A DNA stretch of 64,000 nucleotides from Scenedesmus sp. PABB004 (GCA_014905635.1 JABVCE010000005.1:930001-994000); one strand, 5' to 3'; shown: positions 1 to 9,603, counted from the first letter of the stretch. Numbers and translations are program-made. The notes: generated from the letters alone by a model not told the origin.

Positions 1-1485
1 CTCTCGCCGGCCTGGCAGCTGCTGGCGGGCACGCCCTGCGTGAAGGGCGCGTGGCTGGCCTGCGGCGCCGAGGTCGCGGCGGCGCAGCTCGACACGCTGG
101 GCCAGCTCGTGCCGGCGCGCCAGCTCGGCGCCGGCGAGCCCGCCGGCGACGCCGCCGCGGCCGCCGCCGCGCCGGCCGACGCGGCGGCGACCGCGGCCGC
201 GCACCGGCGCGAGGACGCGGCGCACCGCCGCGCGCAGCTCCTCGCGGGCCTCGGCTGGCTGCCCGCCACGTCGCCCGCGCTCGCGCTGCGCCTCGCCGCG
301 CTGGACGCGGTGCTGCAGTACCCCCAGCTCGGCCCCGCGCGCTGCGAGCTGGTCGGCCGGCGGTCGATGGCGTGCTATCAGTACATCACCAAGCCGCTGC
401 CCATCTTTGCGCCCGCAACGCTGGACCAGCTGCTGGCGCAGGAGCGCGCGGCGGCGGGGCAGCAGCAGCTGGAGGCCGGCGGCGGGGGCGCGGGCGCGGG
501 CGCGCGCGGCAGCACCAGCCCGCCCCCCGGCGAGGGCGCGGCGGCGCACGAGGCCGCGGCGGCGGCGGCGCCGCCGCCGCCGCCGCGCGCCGGCGCGCCC
601 AGCCTCGCGGATGTGCTCGGCGGCGGGCTGCGCGTGGCGTACGGCTTCTCCCTGGCCGGGCGCGGCGCGCTGCAGCTGCTGCGCGGCCTGCCGCCCTACC
701 CGGACTGGCTGCAGCAGGCGGCCGCGACCGACCTCGCGCTCCCCGTGAGCGCGTGGCGCGCCGACGTCGCGGCGGCGCAGGCGGACGGCACGTTTGACCT
801 CACGCTGAACGACGTGCGCGCCGCCAAGGACGCGGAGGCCGCCGCGGCGGCGGCCAAGGCGCGCGCGGAGGCCGAGGCGCGCGCCGCCGCGCGCGCGGCC
901 GCGCGGGCCGCCGCCGCGGCGGCGCGGGCGGCGGCCGAGGCGGAGGCGCTGGCCGAGGCCGACGCGGAGGACGAGGAGGAGGAGGAGGAGCCGCCGAGCA
1001 GCGAGGACAGCGCCGGCAAGCGCCTGCCCAAGGCCAAGCCCGGCAGGGCGCAGCCCACGCGGGCCGCCGCCGGCAGCGAGGGCGGCGGCGGCAGCGGCAG
1101 CGCCGCGCTGCCGCCCAAGGCCGGCAAGAGCCTGAAGCTCAAGCTGCCCGGCCACGCCGCGGCTGCAGCGGCAGCCAAGGCGGGCGGCGGCGGCGGCGCC
1201 GGCGGCGCGGCCAAGCCGCCGCCGGCGGGCGGCGCCAAGCTCGCCAACGGCGGCGGCGGCGCCGGCGCCGTCGCGCCCAAGCTGCGCATCAAATCCACGC
1301 TGAAGAAGCCCGCCAGCCGCGAGGCGAGTGGCTCGCGCGAGAGCAGCCCCGCGCCGCCGCGGCCGTCCAAGGGCGGCGCCGGCGGCGGCGGGCGCATCGC
1401 GGGCCGCGCGCGCCTGCGGCACCCGGCACCGGCGCGCGGCGGCGGCGGTGGGGCCGGCGTTGAGAGCTCGGAGGACGACGATTGA
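1..1485 (+). CDS. 3' part of a DDT/WHIM (WSD)-type chromatin-associated protein (RLT/MBD9-like C-terminus); 5' end lies outside the window
   Basis: Frame 1 is open from base 1 to TGA 1483-1485 with GC3-rich codons. WLPATSPALALRLAALDAVLQY resembles the motif P-x-T-x-x-A-V-A-L-R-L-x-x-L-D-x-x-I-x-Y of plant RLT/MBD9 proteins. It is followed by acidic and Lys-rich tails. Confidence 0.55.
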   Translation, partial: LSPAWQLLAGTPCVKGAWLACGAEVAAAQLDTLGQLVPARQLGAGEPAGDAAAAAAAPADAAATAAAHRREDAAHRRAQLLAGLGWLPATSPALALRLAALDAVLQYPQLGPARCELVGRRSMACYQYITKPLPIFAPATLDQLLAQERAAAGQQQLEAGGGGAGAGARGSTSPPPGEGAAAHEAAAAAAPPPPPRAGAPSLADVLGGGLRVAYGFSLAGRGALQLLRGLPPYPDWLQQAAATDLALPVSAWRADVAAAQADGTFDLTLNDVRAAKDAEAAAAAAKARAEAEARAAARAAARAAAAAARAAAEAEALAEADAEDEEEEEEPPSSEDSAGKRLPKAKPGRAQPTRAAAGSEGGGGSGSAALPPKAGKSLKLKLPGHAAAAAAAKAGGGGGAGGAAKPPPAGGAKLANGGGGAGAVAPKLRIKSTLKKPASREASGSRESSPAPPRPSKGGAGGGGRIAGRARLRHPAPARGGGGGAGVESSEDDD

Positions 1486-2278
1486 CCGCGCGCAGGCGTG
1501 CGGCGGCGGTGAACGAGTTGCGCGCCGCGCGTGCGGTGGCTGGTCAACTGCTTGCGGCGGCCCTACGATGGCGCCGCAGCGCCGTGACGATCGCACGACG
1601 CGCACGCTGACGCTGCAGCCGCCTGAGGCTCACCGGCCTGCGGCGGCCGCGCGGCACCGGCGCGCTGCCGCGAGCGCGCGCCCCCGGCGGCCGCGCGCCC
1701 AGCCGGGGTGCTTGGCCTGGGCCAGGCGCCGTCCTAGCTGCTCGGCCGCCGCTCGCGCTATTACTCTCCGTCCTCAAGGCTTCCGCCGCCTGAGGACGGA
1801 GCGCGGTGCCCCGCGATGCCCGCACGGCTTCCTCTGCCCTTGAATCCACCGCGCAGCCCGGCGCGGCGCGCCCCAGGGGTTGCAGAGATCGCCGACCGTG
1901 CGCACGCGCCGCGCTGGGCCTTGGCGAAGGCAAGGATGCGGGCAGCAGCACAACGCCTGCAGCAGCAGCACTCTCCGCCCAGGAAGCCCGCAGCCCCGAT
2001 CGCGTGACACTCGAGTGAGAAGAGGTCGCGGCGCGGCCGGTGAGACGCGAGCCGGCAAGAGCAGGCCGCCGTGGCCGCGCTGCGCGGGCGCGGCGCAGCT
2101 GCAGCGCCCGCCAGCGGCGCGCGGCGGATTTGATCCTGCATTTGGCGCGCTCAAGCGCTGCGGGCGTGATCCCGCGCCCTCCGCGCCGCGCCGGGGCGGC
2201 CGCGCGCCCGCGGCGGCGCTGAGCTCTTGTACTGCGCCATCCGGTTGGCGCAGGTGGTTCCCCGCCGGCGCGGTCGCG

Positions 2279-4662
2279 ATGTACGGGCAGGGCATGTACC
2301 CGGGCATGCCCTACGGCATGTACGGCTACGACCCGCGCGCAGCGGAGGCGGCGGCGGCCGCGGGCGGGCGCGGCGGCTGGCCGCCGCCGGCGGAGCGCGA
2401 GCGCGAGCCCGCGCCCGTCAAGTTCACCGAGGTGCGCCGCCGGCGCGGCGGCGGCGGCGGCGGCGCGCGCGGCAGGGGCAGGAGCGGCAGCCCGGCGGCG
2501 CGCATGCGCGCGTGCATGCGCGCGCCGGCCCCCGCCCGTGCGCACAGCGCGGGCACACGCCTGCCCGCCCGCGGCGGCGCGCACAGGGCAAGCTCTTCAT
2601 CGGCGGCGTCGACGCGCTGACCATCACCAAGGACGAGCTGGTGCAGTACTGCAGCGGCTGGTGCGCGCGCGCCGGCGGCCCGCGCGCCCCAGGCCCCGCG
2701 CCGCGCGCGCGCGCGCGCGCGCGCGCCGCCCGCTCGCCCGGTCTCACCGCCGCGGCGCCACCGCCGCCGCCGGGCCGTCAGGGGCGAGGTGTCTGACGCG
2801 GTGGTGATGGACAAAAAGAACTACGGCTTTGTCACCTTTGCCGACCCCAAGCACGCGATGGCCTTCCTGGAGGTCGGCCGGCGCGCGGCGCAGCGCGGCG
2901 GCGGCGCGGCGCAGCGCCGGCGGCGGCGCGGCCGCGGGGCGCGGCGGGGCAGGGCTGGGGGCGGAACGGCGCGCTCGCTGGCCCCGCACCGACCCCGGCC
3001 GTTGCCGCCGGCGCCGCCGCGCGACAGGCGCGCGAGCACACGCTCAAGGGGCGCAAGCTCGACGCCAAGGCGGCGGTGCCCAAGGCGCACCTGGGGTCGG
3101 CGCGGCTGACCAAGAAGATGTTCATCGGCGGCACCGGCGACCTCACCGACGCCGACTTCCGGGAGCACTTCAGCCAGTTCGGCGACATCGAGGACGCCGC
3201 GGTGCGGCGCAGCTGCTGCGGCGCGCGGCGCACGTGCCTGCGCGCGCGCGTGCGCGCGCGCCTGCGCGTGCCCGCGCGGCGCACGTGCCTGCGCGCTCAC
3301 CGCGCGGCCCCGCGCCGCCGCCGCGCGCCGCACGGCCGGCGGGCGCAGGTGGTGCGCCGCGAGGGCCTGTCGCGGGGCTTTGGCTTTGTGACGTTTGCCG
3401 ACGAGGTGAGCGTGGAGAAGTGCCTGCTCGTCAACCACTTCATACGGGGGCGCAAGGTCGAGCTCAAGCGCGCGGTGCCAAAGGAGGACCTCAGCGCGCC
3501 CGGCGCGCCCGGCGGGCCGGGGCTGGGCCTGCCGCTGCCGCCGGGCGCCGCGCCGTACGGCCACATGGCCGCGTGGCCCGGCGGCCCGTGGCCCGGCGGC
3601 CCGTACGGCCCGCCGCCGCCGTACGGGCTGCGCCCGCCGCACCACCACGGCGCGCTGCCGATGCAGCCGCCGCCGTACGGCACGCCGCCGGGCGGCGCCG
3701 GCGGCGCCGGCGCCGGGCCGGGCGGCATGCAGGTGGGCCCGCCCGACCCCTACGCCGCCGCCGCGGCCGCTGCGGCGGCGTGGTACGGCATGGGTTACCT
3801 CCCCCACTATTACCAGATGTGGGGCCACCCCATGTATGGAGCCATGATGCCGCCGCCGGGCATGGCGGGCGGCCCGCCGCACCCCGGCTACGGCGCCGGC
3901 GCGCCGCCGCCCGGCTACGGCGCGCACCCGCCGCCGTACGGCGGCGGCGCGCACCCGCGCGGCCCGCCGGCGCCCGGCGGCGCGGGGCCGAGCGGCCGCG
4001 CCGCGCGGCCCGGCAGCGGCGGCGGCGCCGCGCAGCCCGTGGCGGCAGAGGCGGCGGGCCCGGGCCGGCCCGGCAGCGCGGGCGCGCCCGCGGCGGCGGG
4101 GGGCGAGGCCGCCGGGGCAGCGCGAGCAGCGCCAGCCGTCGCCGGCGAGGCCGCGGCGGCGCCGCCGGGCGCTGGTGAGGAGGCCGAGCCGGCGCAGCAG
4201 CAGCAGCAACGGATGCAGCAGCAGCCGCCGGAGCGCGGCGCGCCCGCGCCCGCCGGCGCCGTGCCGCAGCAGGCGCCAGCGGAGCTCAGCCCCGCGGGCC
4301 CCAGCGGCTCGAGGGCGCGCAGCCCCGCCGAGCGCCAGGAGGCGCCGGCCGCGGGCCGGCCGGCCATGCCGCCCGGCCAGGCGCCGATGCCGCCGGGTCC
4401 GGCCGCGGCGGCGGCGGCGGCGGGGCGGCGCCCCGGAGGCATGGCCTTTGCTGGCATGCAGCCGCCCCAGGCCCGGGCCTCCCCGCTGCCCGTGGCCGCG
4501 CCGCGTGGCGCGCCGCGTGGGCTGCCGCCGGGCGTGCCGCCGGGCGTGCCGCCGGGCGTGCCGCCCGGGGTCGTGCTGCCGCCGGCGCTCGTCCCGCGCG
4601 GCCGCGGCGGCCCTGGCAGCACCGGCAGCGGCGGCGCTGGCAGCACCGGCAGCGAGAGTTAG
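2279..4662 (+). CDS. Two-RRM RNA-binding protein (hnRNP A1/Musashi/DAZAP1-like) with a Pro/Gly/Tyr-rich tail
   Basis: Exons 2279-2431, 2587-2660, 2782-2872, 3028-3201 and 3349-4662 with GT-AG introns. RNP2/RNP1 motifs: KLFIGG...KNYGFVTF and KMFIGG...SRGFGFVTF...GRKVELKRAVPK. A probable 5'UTR intron spans ~2040-2253. Confidence 0.9.
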
Positions 4663-5686
4663 TTCCGGCAGGGGTTGCAGCGGGAGGGGCCCGTGCACAC
4701 ACGTGTGCATCGTGGCTCTGCACTGATTGCGAGCGCGCCAGCAGCGTGCTGCGAACGAGCACCAGCGGCAGCGCCCCGCGGCAGCCAGCGTCGGCGGACT
4801 GCGGGCACGATGGGTGTTGGGGGCAGGGGCGCACGCGTGGACGGTGCGTGCGCGGGCGTGCGCGGTTCGGCGGCCGAGCCGGGCGGCGGGGCGCGGCGCA
4901 GCCATCAGCTGCGGCGCGGGCGCGCAGCGCCGGCGGCGCCCCCGCGCAGGCCCGTGCGCGGGCGCGCGCTCGGCCGCGTGCGTGCGCGTGATGTGTGTGC
5001 CGTCTGCACGCGTGTAGTCTGTACAGGTGTGCCAGCAGCGCAGCGCGCGCCGGCGGCGGCCGTCACTGCCGCCGCCGGGCGTGCAATCGCACCAGGTTGC
5101 CGGCGGCGCAGCGAGCGAGCGAGCGAGCAGGCAACCCAGCGGCGCCCAGCTAGGCGGGGCGGGTAGGCGCGGGCGCCAGGCAGGCAGTGTGTGTTTAGGC
5201 GCAGGCCCCTGGGTGCGTGAGGGGGCCGCGCGGCGGGCTGGTGGGGATGGCGGGGCGGGGGCGGGGGCGCCAGGCAGCCGCGGGGTGCACCGGGGGCTAG
5301 CTAGCGTAGCGAGCACTGAAGACCTCCGCCATTCTTGCTGCTGCTGCTGTGCGGCGGCGGCGGGGCGGCGGACGGCGCCCCTGCCGCCGCCGCGGCCTGC
5401 GTGCTGACGGCGCTGGAACAAGCTGCCGCACAGCAAACCACGGCGCCGGCCACGCGCACTAACGCATGGGCTGGCTGCCGCCGCTGCCGCTGCAGCGGTG
5501 GCGGCCTGGCGCCGCCGCGCGCTCGGGTGTCGGTGGGAGGGCGCGGCGGCGGCGCAGGACGGCGGGGCGTTGGTTGGCGTTGCTGGCGCCGCGGGGGCTC
5601 TCTTGTCGCTGCGGTGTGCTGCGGCCTGTGTTATTTGGTCAGCGCGCGGACGGCCCCCTAGCGTGTGTGCGCGGCCTGGCGGCGCG

Positions 5687-5691
5687 TGTAA
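5687..5691 (+). terminator. TGTAA polyadenylation signal, probably of the RRM gene
   Basis: Chlorophyte UGUAA signal ~1 kb downstream of the stop codon, after a GT-rich UTR-like stretch. Confidence 0.5.
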
Positions 5692-5989
5692 GCCGCGGAC
5701 GCCTTCGTCGCCGTCGCTGCGGCCAGAGTTGCAGCGGCGACCCTCGCTCGCGATCGCGCGCGCGGGGGCCCTGCCGCTCACTTGCCCCGCCACAGCCGGC
5801 CTACTCGCTGCCGCTGGCAGCAGCTCTCGCTCGCGCTCTCCCGCTCGGGCCCTCCTCCTCGCCGCCCTCTTGCTCACCGTGCGCGGCGAGACTCTCGGCG
5901 GGGCCCACGCGGCGGCGGCGGCGGCGGCTCGCCGCGGGGGACGTGGGCGATCACGGCTGGCGCCATGCCGCGCCGCACTCGCGCACCAC

Positions 5990-6059
5990 GTCTGCCCTCA
6001 CGTCGCGGATGCAGACCCTCGAGCACATCGAGGGACTCATCCGCGACGTGTGGGCGGAC
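5990..6059. repeat. Hairpin H1 (~30-bp stem, 5-nt loop)
   Basis: gtctgccctcacgtcgcggatgcagaccctcga / gcaca / tcgagggactcatccgcgacgtgtgggcggac; one G:U, two mismatches, one bulge. Confidence 0.85.
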
Positions 6060-6060
6060 C

Positions 6061-6158
6061 AGGCGCTCCGAGGCGCCGCGAGGCTGCCCGTGCCGCGGGA
6101 GTCGTCGGTGGCTGCCGTGCTCCGCGACAAGGGCAGCCTCGGCGCCTCGGAGAGCCTC
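6061..6158. repeat. Hairpin H2 (~35-bp stem)
   Basis: aggcgctccgaggcgccgcgaggctgcccgtgccgcgggag pairs with ctccgcgacaagggcagcctcggcgcctcggagagcct; three mismatches and two small bulges. Confidence 0.85.
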
Positions 6159-6296
6159 GGCGCGCAGGCGCGCGCAGTGCGCACGCACGCGCAGACCCGG
6201 GCGGCGCACGGCAGCCCCGGCGCCCTGCCGCCAGACGAGGCGACCGCCGCTGGGCCCGTGCTTGCCGCCCCAGCTCCCCTGCCGGCGGCTGCGCAG

Positions 6297-6657
6297 GCGT
6301 GCGCAGCGCGCCGGCACGCCGACCCGGTGTCGCGCGGCCACGCAGGGGCGCACGCGCGCGTGAGCTGCGCCGCGCGCGTGAGCCGCGCCGCGCGCGTGAG
6401 CAGCGCTGCGTACGCACAGGCGAGGTCCTTTCACCGGCCAGCCAGGTTCGCCGCTTCCCCCGCTGGCAAGCGCTCCGTCGCGGGTCGCGACGGTGGGCTG
6501 ACAGGGGAGGAGGCGACTCGCTGGTGGCGCTCCGGTGGCGGCGGCGCCGATGCTGGCGTCGTCTGATGCGGGCCCGCGTCAGAGGCCCCGGGGCCTCTGG
6601 CTCCGGCCGCAGCACACGTCGCACGCTGGTCGGCGCAGGCGCATCAGTCGTTGCCAG
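6297..6657. repeat. Three weaker, degenerate hairpins H3-H5 (6297-6415, 6432-6537, 6553-6657)
   Basis: H3: gcgtgcgcagcgc/gcgctgcgtacgc closing three cgcgcgcgtgagc units. H4: caccgg..cttcccc..ccgtcgcg/cgcgacgg..ggggagg..ccggtg. H5: ctggcgtcgtctgatgcg/cgcatcagtcgttgccag with an inner cagaggccccggggcctctg palindrome. Confidence 0.5.
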
Positions 6658-6725
6658 GCGCACCTGGGCCAGCGTGCGGCCGGGCGCGGCGCGCGCGAGG
6701 CGCGGCCCCCGAGCGCGGCCGCGAC

Positions 6726-6805
6726 GGCGTGCAGGTGGCTGGCGCTGCAGCTGAAGCGCGCGTTTCAACTCGCGCTTCAGCTGCAGCGCCAGCCACCTGC
6801 ACGCC
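6726..6805. repeat. Hairpin H6: perfect 35-bp inverted repeat with a 10-nt loop
   Basis: ggcgtgcaggtggctggcgctgcagctgaagcgcg (6726-6760) + cgtttcaact + exact reverse complement (6771-6805). Confidence 0.95.
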
Positions 6806-6915
6806 AGCACGGCGGCCGCGTGCCCCGCGTGCAGTGCCGCCACCGCCCCCAGCACGAGCCGCGGCGCGCTCGCCAGCTGCTCGCGCGTGTCTTCAGCGTC
6901 GTCCCGCAGCAGCGG

Positions 6916-7007
6916 CTGCGCAACTAGCCCGGTCAGCGCGTCCGTCAGAGCGCGCGTGACCGGCCATGCGCGCTCTGACGGACGCGCTGACCGCGCTGGT
7001 GGCGCAG
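6916..7007. repeat. Hairpin H7 (43-bp stem, 6-nt loop)
   Basis: ctgcgcaactagcccggtcagcgcgtccgtcagagcgcgcgtg / accggc / catgcgcgctctgacggacgcgctgaccgcgctggtggcgcag; two G:U pairs, two mismatches. Confidence 0.95.
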
Positions 7008-7100
7008 AGGGTCCACCTGAACCTGGGCGCGTCCACGAGCGCGGCGGCCCCCCCAGGGCCCAGGTGCGCCGCACGGGACAGGCCAACGCGCGCGCGCACC

Positions 7101-7180
7101 GCAGCAGGCCGAGCGACGCGTGGTCGTACGTTTCGCAGCAGCGTGGGGCACCAACGATCACGCGTCTCTCGGCCTGGTGC
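7101..7180. repeat. Hairpin H8 (27-bp stem)
   Basis: gcagcaggccgagcgacgcgtggtcgt pairs with acgatcacgcgtctctcggcctggtgc; one G:U, two mismatches. Confidence 0.9.
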
Positions 7181-7293
7181 ACACGCGCGAGGGGCGAGGG
7201 GCTGCCGCGCGCGGGGCTGGGGCTGCGGCCGCCGCACGCAGGGCTGCCACCCGGTGCAGCGGGCCGCGGCGGCAGGCCGCGGTGCCCTCGCTG

Positions 7294-7388
7294 GCGCCCT
7301 TGGCCGCCGCAGACGCCTCCATGTCGTGGTTGGCGACGTAGCGTGACTGCGACAGCGACATGGCGGCGTCTGCGGCGGCCACGGGCGC
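7294..7388. repeat. Hairpin H9 (33-bp stem)
   Basis: gcgcccttggccgccgcagacgcctccatgtcg pairs with cgacatggcggcgtctgcggcggccacgggcgc; two mismatches. Confidence 0.92.
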
Positions 7389-7432
7389 ACGCCCGGCCGC
7401 GCGCTGTCCGACGCGGCAGGGCCCCCGGCGCC

Positions 7433-7515
7433 CGTGATGATCGCCGGCGCGGTCTTGGGAATGAGCCCGCTCGACAAGCAGATCATGCACCAAGACCGCG
7501 CCGGCGGTCACCACG
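7433..7515. repeat. Hairpin H10 (26-bp stem)
   Basis: cgtgatgatcgccggcgcggtcttgg pairs with ccaagaccgcgccggcggtcaccacg; one U:G, one mismatch. Confidence 0.9.
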
Positions 7516-7748
7516 TCGCCGCCGCGCAGCGCCACGCAGCGGCCGCCGCTGCCGCCGCGCCCAGGCGGGCCGGCGCCCAGCGGCGCATCCGTCGGCGTAA
7601 ACGGCGGCGCCCCTGCAAGCAGATAAGGGCGGGGTTAGGAGGGGTGCGGGGCAGGCGCGGGGGTGAGAGGGGCCAGGCAGCGCGGCGCGCGCGCGGCGCA
7701 GCAGCGGCGCGGCGCACCCCCAGGCGTGCCGCGCTCGGCCAGCCGCAG

Positions 7749-7872
7749 CGCACGAACGCGTCGTCCGCCACGCGCGCGGCCTCCGGGCTGGCGAGAAGCG
7801 AGACAGCGCGTTCGGCGACCCGCTTCGCGAGCCCAGAGGACGCCGCGCGCTGGGGCGGCGACAGCGGGTGCG
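7749..7872. repeat. Hairpin H11 (~38-bp bulged stem)
   Basis: gtcgtccgccacgcgcgcggcctccgggctggcgagaagcg pairs with cgcttcgcgagcccagaggacgccgcgcgctggggcggcgac with several bulges; closed by cgcac/gtgcg. Confidence 0.75.
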
Positions 7873-8168
7873 AGGCGATTCGGGGGTGCGTGCGGGGCGC
7901 GCGGTGCTGAAGCGGGCGAGCCCCGGGAGCAGTGCGCGGGAGCGCGGCCGGCACGGGGTCCAGCTGGCGGCGCGGCGCAGCGGACGACGGAGAACCGCCG
8001 CGGCCGCTGCGCGTCGGCTGCGGCGCGGCTCGACCTCGAGGCGCATGGCGTGCTGCCTGGCGCCCAGGTGCGGCGCTGCGCGCGGCCGGCCCGTGCCCAG
8101 GAGCAGCACGGGCCGCGCGCCTCCTCTGGCCGCGGGGACAAGGGCGCAGCGGCTCGATCGGCGGCTTC

Positions 8169-8358
8169 ATACCTTTCTCGGCTTTTTGGCTAAGATCAAG
8201 TGTAGTATCTGTTCTGTTCAGTTTGATAGCTGAACTCCAACTCATTGAGTTGGATGACTATCAACCTTATCTTTTGGGGCGGCGAAGCACCGGGCGCTTG
8301 CGCCCAGCTGACCCACGCATGGCCCGAGCCTTCCACTCCCGCTCGGGGCGTGCAGCCC
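8169..8358 (+). ncRNA. U2: U2 spliceosomal snRNA
   Basis: The 5' end ATACCTTTCTCGGCTTTTTGGCTAAGATCAAGTGTAGTATCTGTTCT matches plant/algal U2, including the branch-point recognition sequence GUAGUA. Stem IIa (ttcag..ctgaa), stem IIb (tccaactca/tgagttgga), the IIc complement ctatcaa, a Sm-like site, stem III with GCUUGC and stem IV (cccgagc/gctcggg) are all present. The 3' end is approximate. Confidence 0.95.
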
Positions 8359-9603
8359 GTATACATCCAAACTAACGCGGCGGCGGCGGCGGCCGAGCTG
8401 CGCGCGCGCGTGCCACGGCGCTGGCCAGCGCCGCACGCGTGCGCGCCTGCCTGCAGCGCTCCCGGCAGCCGCAGCGCTGCGTCCCCTGGTCCCGCTGCGC
8501 GCGCTCCGCCGCCGCCCAGGCAGTCCGCCGCGTCCACCGCGGGGGCAGCGACAGCTCGCCGTCCGCGCCGCGCGCGCCCGGCTCTCGGCCGCCGATCGAG
8601 GCAGGTCCGTCAGCCGCGCGCGCCCAGCAGCAGCGCGAGCTGCTCGCTGCGCGGGCCCGTGACCGCCGCGCCGTCGCTGTCGAGCGGCACCGGCGCCGCC
8701 TCGGTCAGCAGCAGGGGGCGGCCGTCAAAGCCGAGCAGCGGCACGCGGCCGCTGGCGCCGCGCGCGCAGGTGCCCACGGGCGGCGGCGGCAGTGCCGCGT
8801 TGCGCGCCGCGACGCCCGCCGCTGCGAGCTCGGCGGGGCTGGCCCCAGGCGCCGAGGACGCCGCTGCGAGGGCAGCGTGCTGCTGACGTCCACGGTGGCC
8901 GCGAGCGTGGCGAGCGCGCCGTGCGGCGGCGGCCGGCCGCACCAGCCGCGCTGGAGCCTCAGGCTGCTGCTGCTCGCCACCCTGGGCGACCCCCTGGGAA
9001 CCGCCGCCTCCCCGTTGGAGTGGCCCGCCGGCGGGGCGCGGCGTCACCGGCAGCTGCCGCCGCTGCCTGTTGGTCGCGCGGCGCCCCCAGCCTCTCCGGC
9101 CGGTCGCATCGCCAGATCGGGACTCTCACGACAGCTCTCGCGCAGCGCACTGCCGATCGGGGGCCGGCACGCCGCGCAGAGCCAATTCTGGCATGCCCGG
9201 TGCCTGAACCCCTGGCGGGTGACCCCGCCTTCCTGCGGCCCCTATTTAGGGCGGCGCGACGCCCCACGGGTCCCAAACCCACAGTATCACCGTCCGCAGC
9301 CTTGGCGGGTGAGCGCGCTGCGGGGGGGGGGGCGGGGGGGGGGGGGGGGGGGGGGCACGCGGCGTCTGAGCTGGGGAGCGCCCCTGGGAGCGCGCTGAGC
9401 CGGGGTCGCCCGCGGCGCAGCCGCCCGTGCAGCGGTAGATCTCGACGCGCCGCAGCGGGGCCGTCCAGGTCAGCCGCGCGCCGGCGCGATTGGGCGCGCG
9501 GGCGACCGCCATCAGCGGGGCTGCTGAGCCGCGCCGCCCGCTGCCCGGACGCAGATCGCTCCCGCCGCCCCGCTAAGCCCGCTCCCCACCGAACACTCCA
9601 CCC

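Noticed and set aside
2821..5877. 1018-aa minus-strand ORF and similar very long Arg/Ala/Pro-rich ORFs (e.g. 35632-38811, 24598-26448)
   Set aside because: These are shadow ORFs caused by stop-codon scarcity at very high GC. They overlap well-supported spliced genes or read through introns.
5990..7872. Hairpin array as a CRISPR, MITE cluster or tRNA cluster
   Set aside because: There is no shared repeat between units, no common TIR or target-site duplication, no cloverleaf or T-loop motifs, and no cas genes in this eukaryotic context.
8402..8443. Short GC palindrome immediately 3' of U2
   Set aside because: It is mostly CG-dinucleotide low complexity, expected by chance in this genome, unlike the high-complexity stems upstream.
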